From: Dorea formicigenerans
GTDB lineage: Bacteria; Bacillota; Clostridia; Lachnospirales; Lachnospiraceae
Length of the DNA: 24,000 nt
Direction: 5' to 3'
Assembly: GCF_025150245.1 (NCBI RefSeq)
Contig: NZ_CP102279.1
Span: forward strand, 841,423 to 865,422
Of this stretch, positions 16,968 to 24,000 are shown in pieces. The notes under the pieces were generated by a model. It was not told the origin of the DNA, searched no databases, and was given only the letters and a program-made list of their open reading frames with translations. The position numbers were made by a program, and so were the translations under genes. Numbering within the stretch: position 1 is the first letter of the stretch; each line of letters starts with the position of its first letter.

Positions 16968-17003
16968 AGAAGAAATACTAAAATATAGGAAATTTAAGAG
17001 GTT

Positions 17004-17049
17004 AAAAGAGGATGCAGTATTCAAAAAAATGAGTGCTGCCTCCTCTTTT
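17004..17049. terminator. Bidirectional terminator between HD hydrolase (+) and Rpn/YhgA-like gene (-)
   Basis: AAAAGAGGA-t-GCAG (17004-17017) pairs with CTGC-c-TCCTCTTTT (17036-17049). Confidence 0.75.
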
Positions 17050-17064
17050 GCTATAGATAGTAAA

Positions 17065-18135
17065 TTATATTTTTCCTGTATGTAATAATTTTAAAATTTT
17101 CTCGGCATCAAAATCAGGTGCCTGGTTCATGGCAAGGTCATAGATTGGCTGAATAGTATCAAGCGGTTCCAGCAAATCAGTAGCTATCTGAGAAACAGAA
17201 AAGTTTTTGATTATCCTTTTAATAACTTGTTTGATTAAGTAGAGCTGCTCGCCTTCAATACGGCCAGCACGTTCCCCTTCTTCACGGCTGATGCGCCGGG
17301 TCTCCTGTACATCATATGCTTCAAAAGAATCAAACATCATATGGAACTGCCTCCTTGTAATATGGTCTGTAAGGTCATTGATTTCTTCAGCAGGGACATT
17401 GATTGTATGAAGAAATGCTGAAAATACAGAGCCCATAAGCTCTAAAATGTGTGGTGGTGTATTCTGTGTCAATTGGTTCCAGTAGTCTTCTGGAATCTCT
17501 TTTAAATGCTTGAAATCAGAGGAACTCTTGAGCTTGTTAAGAATGAAAATAGCTGAGAGTTCATCACCTTTTTCAATTAAATCTTCTTGAGAATACTTAT
17601 TCAAAGGAACGATTAGATATTTATAATCTGGAATGAATTCTTCAAAGATATCACTCATGAATACCCGGTCTTTAAAATGTAATGCAGAAGTCCATTGTCC
17701 CGTGCCTTCATAATAAATAATTGGCAGGATTGGCGGATATAAAAAATCTTTGGATTCCGTAATTCCAGGATGTAACTTTTCCTGTGTGGCAGTGTAATCA
17801 GTCCAGACATAAACCATGTATCTGAGCAGTCTGAAAGACATGTCAGCATCTGCTTCTGATTGATGTTCAATAAGTGCAATCAGATAAAGCTCTGTGTTTT
17901 CAATCTGAATTTTCTTCACAATGTCAGAATCACGGGATTCCTGAAATAAAGGAATAAAATGTGAAGAAACGTCTTCAATATCCTCTGGCTTTATGTTCAT
18001 GAAAAAAGGAATATCCGTGTATCCTTTTAGAAATTGGGCACAGAGTGTCGAGTCTCCGAATACAATCTTGGCTGCATTGTCATGAATCTTTGAATTGTGT
18101 ACCCCATGTTCAGTTGTCTTGTTGGTAGTTTCCAT
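17065..18135 (-). CDS. Rpn/YhgA-like PD-(D/E)XK nuclease family (transposase_31 type) protein
   Basis: HDNAAKIVFGDSTLCAQFLKGYTDIPF and LYLIALIEHQSEADADMSFRLLRYMVYVW (nuclease core with ExQ), PPILPIIYYEGTGQWTSALHF, and a C-terminal helical region with GxxxGxxEGE. Confidence 0.85.
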   Translation of the reverse strand: METTNKTTEHGVHNSKIHDNAAKIVFGDSTLCAQFLKGYTDIPFFMNIKPEDIEDVSSHFIPLFQESRDSDIVKKIQIENTELYLIALIEHQSEADADMSFRLLRYMVYVWTDYTATQEKLHPGITESKDFLYPPILPIIYYEGTGQWTSALHFKDRVFMSDIFEEFIPDYKYLIVPLNKYSQEDLIEKGDELSAIFILNKLKSSSDFKHLKEIPEDYWNQLTQNTPPHILELMGSVFSAFLHTINVPAEEINDLTDHITRRQFHMMFDSFEAYDVQETRRISREEGERAGRIEGEQLYLIKQVIKRIIKNFSVSQIATDLLEPLDTIQPIYDLAMNQAPDFDAEKILKLLHTGKI

Positions 18136-18292
18136 AGCGCTCCTCTCTGAGCAAATGTAAACTAAAAACTTTCTGAATATATTTTAACATTGTAAGTATA
18201 AAAAGACAATATAGAAATTGAATGAAAATAAATTCTATACAAAAGGGATTTGTCAAAAATTCAGAAGTACCGTAACATTTGCCCGGTGTGCA

Positions 18293-18327
18293 TGCAACTT
18301 GTGCAAGTGCAGGGGCACTTAAAGTTG
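18293..18327. other. Bulged intergenic hairpin
   Basis: GCAACTT(18293-18299)-gtgc-AAGTGC(18304-18309)-AGGG-GCACTT(18314-18319)-a-AAGTTGC(18321-18327): 13 bp of self-complementarity. Confidence 0.6.
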
Positions 18328-18503
18328 CGGTGAATGAGTAACATCATCAAAAATCTGAGTGAATTCTTTGCTGAAAAAGCAATGAAATTCAGAAACGAAA
18401 TCCTGGCTGTGGATTTCCATGGGCGTTGAAACATAATGAAAATATCGTGCCCGAAATTTGATGTAGATGTAGTGTAGCACAGATAAAGAGTGAGGGCAAT
18501 AGA

Positions 18504-18520
18504 TGCAACAAAATGTTGCA
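18504..18520. other. Perfect inverted repeat TGCAACA-aaa-TGTTGCA
   Basis: Read directly: tgcaacaaaatgttgca, 7 bp arms and 3 nt centre. Confidence 0.7.
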
Positions 18521-18790
18521 GGAGATTTTGTGGGAACATATAAACATAGGTTTGGAAATGCGATAAGATAGTGGTTTGATTATAGATAAAACAAATAAAA
18601 TGATATTAGTTATAGAAAATGTGCGATGTGTACAAAAAGAAAATATGAATTGTAGAAATTAAACGCTGAAAAATAAAAAAAGCATATTTATAATAAACAA
18701 CTGTGATAGACATGATGTAGGAAAATATTTTTGATTGACATAAATGTTATAAGTACCTATCGGAAATTTAATGAAAAAGGAGAAAACTAA

Positions 18791-19585
18791 ATGCATGATA
18801 TAAAAATTCATGATGTTTCATTTTCTTATGCAGGCAGTGATAAGTTAGTTTTGAAAGACATTAATGTGGATGTAGAAGGTGGAGAATTCGTTTGTATTCT
18901 GGGACAATCTGGTTGTGGAAAGAGTACTTTGTTGCGCCTGATTGCTGGGTTGGAAGATTGTACAACAGGTGAAATTTTAGTCGATGGAGAAAAAATACAT
19001 GGTGCAAGTTTGAATCGAGGAGTAGTATTTCAGGATTATGGCTTGTTCCCTTGGAAAACAGCCGGAGCCAATATAACGTTGGCATTAAAAAAGAAATTTC
19101 CGGACTGGGATAAAAATCATCTGAAAGAAAGAACGATTGAGCTATTAAAAGCGGTAGGATTAGATGAATCAGTTTACCGTAAATACCCTAAAGAATTGTC
19201 TGGTGGCATGAAACAAAGATGTGCGATTGCCAGTGCATTTGGAATTGACCCACCAATTCTTCTTATGGATGAACCGTTTGGTGCACTTGATGCCGTAACC
19301 CGTTCCATGCTTCAGGATATGGTATTAAAACTTTGGGAAAAACAGGAAGATAAAAAGACGGTCTTTTTTGTAACACACGATGTAGATGAAGCAATGATTT
19401 TGGCTAATCGGATTATTGTGCTTGGACAATCACCAAGTAATATAATTTTTGATGTAAAGATACCAGATGAGAAACGTACTACGAGAGATTCCAGATTTGA
19501 AGATCCAGAGTCAATTAAACTTAGAAATGAACTGCTTCGTCAAATTAATCAAGATGTGGAAGCACATGTACAAACCGTGCAATAA
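18791..19585 (+). CDS. ABC transporter ATP-binding protein, nitrate/sulfonate/taurine type (SsuB/TauB-like)
   Basis: Walker A GQSGCGKSTLLR, Q-loop VFQDYGLFPWKTAGANI, signature LSGGMKQRCAIASAF, Walker B ILLMDEPFGALDAVTR, FVTHDVDEAM. Confidence 0.93.
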   Translation: MHDIKIHDVSFSYAGSDKLVLKDINVDVEGGEFVCILGQSGCGKSTLLRLIAGLEDCTTGEILVDGEKIHGASLNRGVVFQDYGLFPWKTAGANITLALKKKFPDWDKNHLKERTIELLKAVGLDESVYRKYPKELSGGMKQRCAIASAFGIDPPILLMDEPFGALDAVTRSMLQDMVLKLWEKQEDKKTVFFVTHDVDEAMILANRIIVLGQSPSNIIFDVKIPDEKRTTRDSRFEDPESIKLRNELLRQINQDVEAHVQTVQ

Positions 19586-19636
19586 TAGAGAAATCTATTT
19601 GCAAATAAAAATATTTAACTAAAAAGGAGAGAACAA

Positions 19637-20731
19637 ATGAAAAAGAGAATTATCTCACTTCTTCTTGCAGCAGCAATGACTTTCAGCCTTACAGCATGTG
19701 GTGGAAATTCATCTGATGATAAAAAGGAAGAGACAAAAACAGAAAACACAGACAACAAAGAAACTCCAGAAGTGGATACAATTCACTGGGCAAGAGCAAA
19801 TAGTGGAAATATTCTTGTTACAATTGCAAAACAGCAGGGATATTTTGATGAAGTTGGAATCAATGTAATTGAAGATCCAGTTGAGTCTTCAACAGCAGCA
19901 CTTCAGGCACTTCAGGCAAAACAGGTTGATGTAACATCTAACCAGGGAACAAATAACCCGCTTCAGTTTATCTCCACAGGTTCTGATTTTTCAATCGTTG
20001 GTGGCTATATGCTGAAAGGTATGTATATTATTGGAAAGAAAGATACTCAGTATAAAGATGTTACAAGTCTGAAAGGTTCTAAATTTGCATATGCAGGGGT
20101 ACATCCGGTAGTAGGTATGGCATTATTAGATGCAGGAATTGATCCTAATAATGATGTTGAATGGCTTACATATAGTACAAACAGTGACCGTCTTGCAGCA
20201 GTAGTTTCCGGAGAAGCTGACTATGCAGTACTTAGTGGAGACCAGTTATATGCAGTAGGTAATAATGATCAAATTGAGATTAAAGCATGGTTAGATGATC
20301 TTGTACCAAACTATGGATGCTGCCGTATGAACATGAATACTGATTTTGTAAAGAAGAATCCTACAACTGTAAAACTTCTTCTGAAATCTCTGATTCGTGC
20401 TGAGCAGTGGTATCTTGCAAATAAAGAAGAGTGTGTAAAAATTCTTGCAAAAGAAATCGGTGCAGAAGAAGATTATGTTGCAGCATATCTGTTAAATGAT
20501 AATTATGTTTCCAGTGTAGATCCGTGTAAGAATTCTGTAGTTAAGACATGGGAGGCTATGATTAAGATGGGATTCATTGATCAGGCAGATGCTGACAAAA
20601 TCAACATTGAAGATCATATTAACACAGAACTTTACAAAGAAGCTCTTGATGAGTGTGTAGCAGAATATCATGATGAAGATCCAGATTTCTATGATGGAAG
20701 AGTTAAATTCTTTGAAGAAAACGATCAGTAA
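19637..20731 (+). CDS. ABC transporter substrate-binding lipoprotein (SsuA/TauA/NMT1-like)
   Basis: Lipobox MKKRIISLLLAAAMTFSLTACGG; INVIEDPVESSTAALQALQAKQVDVTSNQGTNNP and later regions typical of SsuA/TauA binding proteins. Confidence 0.9.
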   Translation: MKKRIISLLLAAAMTFSLTACGGNSSDDKKEETKTENTDNKETPEVDTIHWARANSGNILVTIAKQQGYFDEVGINVIEDPVESSTAALQALQAKQVDVTSNQGTNNPLQFISTGSDFSIVGGYMLKGMYIIGKKDTQYKDVTSLKGSKFAYAGVHPVVGMALLDAGIDPNNDVEWLTYSTNSDRLAAVVSGEADYAVLSGDQLYAVGNNDQIEIKAWLDDLVPNYGCCRMNMNTDFVKKNPTTVKLLLKSLIRAEQWYLANKEECVKILAKEIGAEEDYVAAYLLNDNYVSSVDPCKNSVVKTWEAMIKMGFIDQADADKINIEDHINTELYKEALDECVAEYHDEDPDFYDGRVKFFEENDQ

Positions 20732-20754
20732 TAAGAGATAATTAACAAATAACT

Positions 20755-20791
20755 CAATTCCGCCGTTTTATACTGCGGAATTGGGTTTTTT
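20755..20791 (+). terminator. Intra-operon terminator/attenuator between binding-protein and permease genes
   Basis: CAATTCCGC (20755-20763) perfectly pairs with GCGGAATTG (20775-20783), followed by GGTTTTTT. Confidence 0.85.
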
Positions 20792-20817
20792 AAGAAGGTA
20801 ATGGTTCGGAGGTATCT

Positions 20818-21579
20818 ATGCGAAAAGTTTTAAAATTTATAAAGGATTATTGGATAACAGGTTGTATTTATCTGGCTATGTTTTTTGGGTACAAGTATAT
20901 CGCAGATAACCAGCTTTTTGGTGGATATCTTTTCCCTGCGGTAAGCAAAGTTGCAAATTCTTTTAAAGAAAATATTGGTACATTATTTATGAATATGTTT
21001 TATTCATTTCAATTAATGATTCCAGCTATTATTATTGCTGTTGTAATTGCGATAGTTGGTGGGACTATTCTTGGGATGAGTAAAAAAATTCGGAAAGTGG
21101 TTCATCCGGTGGTTTACTCAATTAGTGTAATTCCATCTATTTTGATGTCCCCATTTGCGCTGCTTATGGCTCCAAGTTTTAGAATAGCTTCTTTGTTCCT
21201 GGTGGTCTACAATACAATTTGGGCTACATTTTTTGCTACAATTAATGGTATTATGACGATAGACAAAGTTTATCTTGATAAAGCAAAAACTTTGGAGTTA
21301 AATCCGGTAGAAAAGATGTTTCAGGTAATCTTACCTGCAGCAATGCCGTCTATTATGTCAGGGTTTATTACATCTCTTAGAGGATCCTTTGTAGTGCTTG
21401 TATATGCTGAAATGTATGGCGCAAAATTTGGTATGGGATTTTATGTAAAAAAATTTGCAGAATATGGACTTTACAGTGAGGCGTGGAGTGGCTTCATTTT
21501 CATGGTTGTAGTTCTGGTTATTGTTATGCAGATATTCGAAAAAATGAAAAACCGTATTTTAAGATGGACAATTAATTAA
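20818..21579 (+). CDS. ABC transporter permease (SsuC/TauC-like)
   Basis: Multi-TM protein with EKMFQVILPAAMPSIMSGFITSLRGSFVVLVYAEMYGAKFGMGFYV (EAA-loop region). Confidence 0.9.
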   Translation: MRKVLKFIKDYWITGCIYLAMFFGYKYIADNQLFGGYLFPAVSKVANSFKENIGTLFMNMFYSFQLMIPAIIIAVVIAIVGGTILGMSKKIRKVVHPVVYSISVIPSILMSPFALLMAPSFRIASLFLVVYNTIWATFFATINGIMTIDKVYLDKAKTLELNPVEKMFQVILPAAMPSIMSGFITSLRGSFVVLVYAEMYGAKFGMGFYVKKFAEYGLYSEAWSGFIFMVVVLVIVMQIFEKMKNRILRWTIN

Positions 21580-21605
21580 CAGAAAGACAAAGGAGGCAAA
21601 TAAAT

Positions 21606-22787
21606 ATGAAGATTACAAAAGTAGATGCAATTCAGATTGAGGATAAACCGGATGATCAGCCGGGATGGCGTCCGATAGTGTGTCGCGTTTATACAGATAC
21701 AGGATTATATGGAGATGGGGAAGCTGCAATTGCATATGGTGTTGGATCTACAGCGGCATATGGAATGATTCAGGATCTGGCAAAATTGATAATCGGTATG
21801 AACCCGTTGGATACAGAAGTTATTTGGGAAAAATTATATAAATCGACTTTCTGGGCACAAAATGGGGGACCGATTGTATTTGCAGGAATTTCTGCATTAG
21901 ATATTGCGTTATGGGACATAAAAGGAAAATATTTTAATGTTCCAGTATATCAGTTGCTTGGCGGGAAAATGAGAGATAAGCTTCGCTGTTATGCAAGTCA
22001 GCTCCAATTTGGCTGGGGAGAAAGAAAAACACCGGCATATCAGATTGAAGATTATGTTGCAAATGCAAAAAAAGCTGTTTCGGAAGGCTATGATGCTATA
22101 AAAATTGACTTTTTTACATTCGATCCGAAAGGATACCGCTATAGCTCTGAGGAGACAACAAGAGTGCTTGATCCATATCATGTCCATGTTGTAATTGACC
22201 GCCTTGCAGCCGTCAGAGAGGCAGTTGGACCAGATGTAGATATTATTATGGAAAATCATTCCTATATAGATGCGCAGGTCGCAGTGCAACTGGGAGAACA
22301 GGCGAAAAAATATAATATACTGTTTTTTGAAGAACCAACTACACCAAATCCGAAGATGAATAAATTTGTCTGTGATAAATTAAATATCCCAATTGCTCAG
22401 GGAGAAAGAATTTATTCAAGATGGGGATATGCACCATATTTTGAAGATGGTTCCATTCAGTTGATTCAGCCAGATATCGGTAACTGTGGAGGATTAACGG
22501 AAGCAAAAAAAATATGCGATTTAGCTCACATTTATGATGTAGGAGTACAGGCACATGTGTGTGCAAGCCCATTGTCAACAGCGGTTGCTTTACAGTTAGA
22601 AGCAGCAATTCCAAACTTTACGATACATGAACATCATGTGTATAATCGATATGACTACAATAAAAAATTATGTAAATATGATTATCAGCCAGTTGATGGA
22701 TATATTGCAGTTCCGGATTTTCCTGGTATTGGAAATGAATTGACAGATTATTGTTTCACAAATGGAAAGGTGACAACGATCGAATAA
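21606..22787 (+). CDS. Mandelate racemase / muconate lactonizing enzyme family (enolase superfamily), possibly a sugar-acid dehydratase-like enzyme
   Basis: N-terminal capping domain (TDTGLYGDGEAAIAYG; GPIVFAGISALDIALWDIKGKYFNVPVYQLLGGKMRDKLRCYAS), barrel motifs AIKIDFF, DIIMENH, FFEEPTTP, IAQGERIYSRW, QPDIGNCGGLTEAKKI, AHVCASPLSTAVALQLEAAIPNF. Confidence 0.9.
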   Translation: MKITKVDAIQIEDKPDDQPGWRPIVCRVYTDTGLYGDGEAAIAYGVGSTAAYGMIQDLAKLIIGMNPLDTEVIWEKLYKSTFWAQNGGPIVFAGISALDIALWDIKGKYFNVPVYQLLGGKMRDKLRCYASQLQFGWGERKTPAYQIEDYVANAKKAVSEGYDAIKIDFFTFDPKGYRYSSEETTRVLDPYHVHVVIDRLAAVREAVGPDVDIIMENHSYIDAQVAVQLGEQAKKYNILFFEEPTTPNPKMNKFVCDKLNIPIAQGERIYSRWGYAPYFEDGSIQLIQPDIGNCGGLTEAKKICDLAHIYDVGVQAHVCASPLSTAVALQLEAAIPNFTIHEHHVYNRYDYNKKLCKYDYQPVDGYIAVPDFPGIGNELTDYCFTNGKVTTIE

Positions 22788-22879
22788 GCTTATTGATAAA
22801 AGCAATATATCTTTCAAAAGAAATCTATTTGACAGAAAATTCATCTTGATAAATAATATCCATATTGGAGAGTGTGGAT

Positions 22880-24000
22880 ATGTTTGAAATTGATGTCTGT
22901 TATAAATTTATATTTGAATCAATGCTCGAGGATGATGTATTGGGATATATAGCAAACAAGGTATATGAATATACTCATGCCGGGATATTTTTTGTGTCGG
23001 AGTCCGGAGAGATTCTGGCTTATGCCTGTTCGGGAAAAGACCAGAGCATGCGTTCGATTATAGAAGGGCATGTAACATTGGAAGATTATCCTTATTTCTT
23101 TGAGGAAGTGTCACCGAATGGAGAGTTCCAGACGGTTGCTGCGGTGAAGGATAAGAAGAAAAATATTGGATATATCATTATTCACTATAGTAATGAAGAG
23201 TTTTGGACGTTTTTTGAAGAATTAGGAACAATTCTGACGGAAACAGCAAGACAATATTTTGAAGAGAAGCAGAAGAATACGTACTTAAATCTTTCGCTCA
23301 AAGACTATATTATCGGTTGGATGATTTTTGAAGGACAGCATTTTGTGGAATCGGAGCAGAGTCATACATTAAAAGGAAATTATTTGATGGCTTTGTTTAC
23401 AGATGATTTTTCTGATATGGCGGTAGAGGCAGCAAAACTGGGAAGAATCTGGGAGCATTTTTACTTGTATGAAGAGAAACACTCCCTGACGGTTGTGCTA
23501 TATCAGGTTTCTGAAAAGAATGCGCAAAAGATTTATCAGATGGCGCAGAAAGAAAATCTGAACTGCTATATGAGTGAGACATTTGAAGATATCAATGACT
23601 GTAGAACAAAAAGAGATTTGCTAAAACAGATGGAACGGATTCCGAAGATATGTGATGTCAGAGGGGTTAAAAGAGAAAAAGATTGGTATCTTCAGGGTAT
23701 TTTTTCTTATACATTACCTTTAATCGAAGAGGCAGGACTGAGTGACTATTCGATTTTGAACTTGATAAAGGAAGATGAGAAGAATCACACAGAGCTTTAT
23801 GATACATTGAAAATGTATTTATTATGCGAAAACAATGTGACGATGGCAGCGGAAAAACTTCATGTTCACAGAAATACATTGGTGTATAGATTAAAGCAGA
23901 TAAAAGATTGTCTGGAATTAGATATTAACAATAATGAGATTTCGAGAGAACTTCTCGCATTTATGATTATGTATGACCTGTCGAAATCTTCAGAGGACTA
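22880..24000 (+). CDS. PucR/CdaR-family transcriptional regulator (may lack its stop codon at the window edge)
   Basis: Manually translated open frame from ATG 22880 (MFEIDVCYKFIFESMLEDDVLGYIANKVYEYTHAGIFFVSESGE...) to the last base. The C-terminal HTH reads YDTLKMYLLCENNVTMAAEKLHVHRNTLVYRLKQIKDCLELDINN. It is absent from the supplied ORF track because it reaches the edge. Confidence 0.9.
   Translation, partial: MFEIDVCYKFIFESMLEDDVLGYIANKVYEYTHAGIFFVSESGEILAYACSGKDQSMRSIIEGHVTLEDYPYFFEEVSPNGEFQTVAAVKDKKKNIGYIIIHYSNEEFWTFFEELGTILTETARQYFEEKQKNTYLNLSLKDYIIGWMIFEGQHFVESEQSHTLKGNYLMALFTDDFSDMAVEAAKLGRIWEHFYLYEEKHSLTVVLYQVSEKNAQKIYQMAQKENLNCYMSETFEDINDCRTKRDLLKQMERIPKICDVRGVKREKDWYLQGIFSYTLPLIEEAGLSDYSILNLIKEDEKNHTELYDTLKMYLLCENNVTMAAEKLHVHRNTLVYRLKQIKDCLELDINNNEISRELLAFMIMYDLSKSSED

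Noticed and set aside
17065-18135. Complete insertion sequence around the Rpn/YhgA-like gene
   Set aside because: No terminal inverted repeats or target duplication could be identified. The left side is an ordinary bidirectional terminator. Rpn/YhgA-like proteins are often stand-alone.
18261-18539. 92-aa ORF (-) in the intergenic region upstream of the ABC operon
   Set aside because: Covers the hairpin and inverted repeat, with no coding-like motifs or RBS. Retained only as a structured region of unknown function.
21909-22614. Antisense ORFs in the enolase-superfamily gene
   Set aside because: Enclosed by a strongly supported + strand CDS; no motifs.
1-24000. rRNA, tRNA, phage structural genes, known anti-phage defence operons
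   Set aside because: No sequence recognisable as any of these was found on reading. The Rpn-like protein alone is not sufficient for a defence-system claim.

Overview
This 24 kb window looks like Firmicutes sequence, probably Lachnospiraceae (inferred from protein style and gene content). It is densely coded and mostly on the + strand. In order: the 3' end of ribBA and ribH; a single-TM SGNH-like protein with a Ser/Asp tandem-repeat insert, overlapped by a large MBOAT plus DHHW-like fusion protein; an RluB/RluF-type pseudouridine synthase; a divergent ligA; a ClpX-type ATPase with an Asn/Asp-rich N-terminus; a Csp-like subtilase, a small coiled-coil protein and a divergent LspA-like protein; argG (-); a YedE/YeeE-type transporter with a TusA/YedF-type protein; a PadR regulator with a permease-prefix/SEDS-like membrane protein; an HD hydrolase; an Rpn/YhgA-like PD-(D/E)XK protein (-); and a Tau/Ssu-type ABC transporter followed by an enolase-superfamily enzyme and a PucR/CdaR-type regulator that runs to the window end. 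The most unusual locus is 1072-4393. It resembles a cell-envelope O-acetylation machine, but the expected catalytic His appears to be replaced in all three enzyme-like modules (SGNH DGxH to DGST; MBOAT GLWHG to GLWYA; DHHW to DSRW). It may be a repurposed or pseudo-enzymatic envelope system. Other leads are the sulfonate-type ABC/enolase-superfamily cassette with an intra-operon terminator, the PadR-linked SEDS-like protein, the subtilase with a hairpin over its putative ribosome-binding site, and a structured intergenic region at 18.3-18.5 kb. No CRISPR array, rRNA or tRNA was recognised. All homology calls come from reading motifs, not from database searches.
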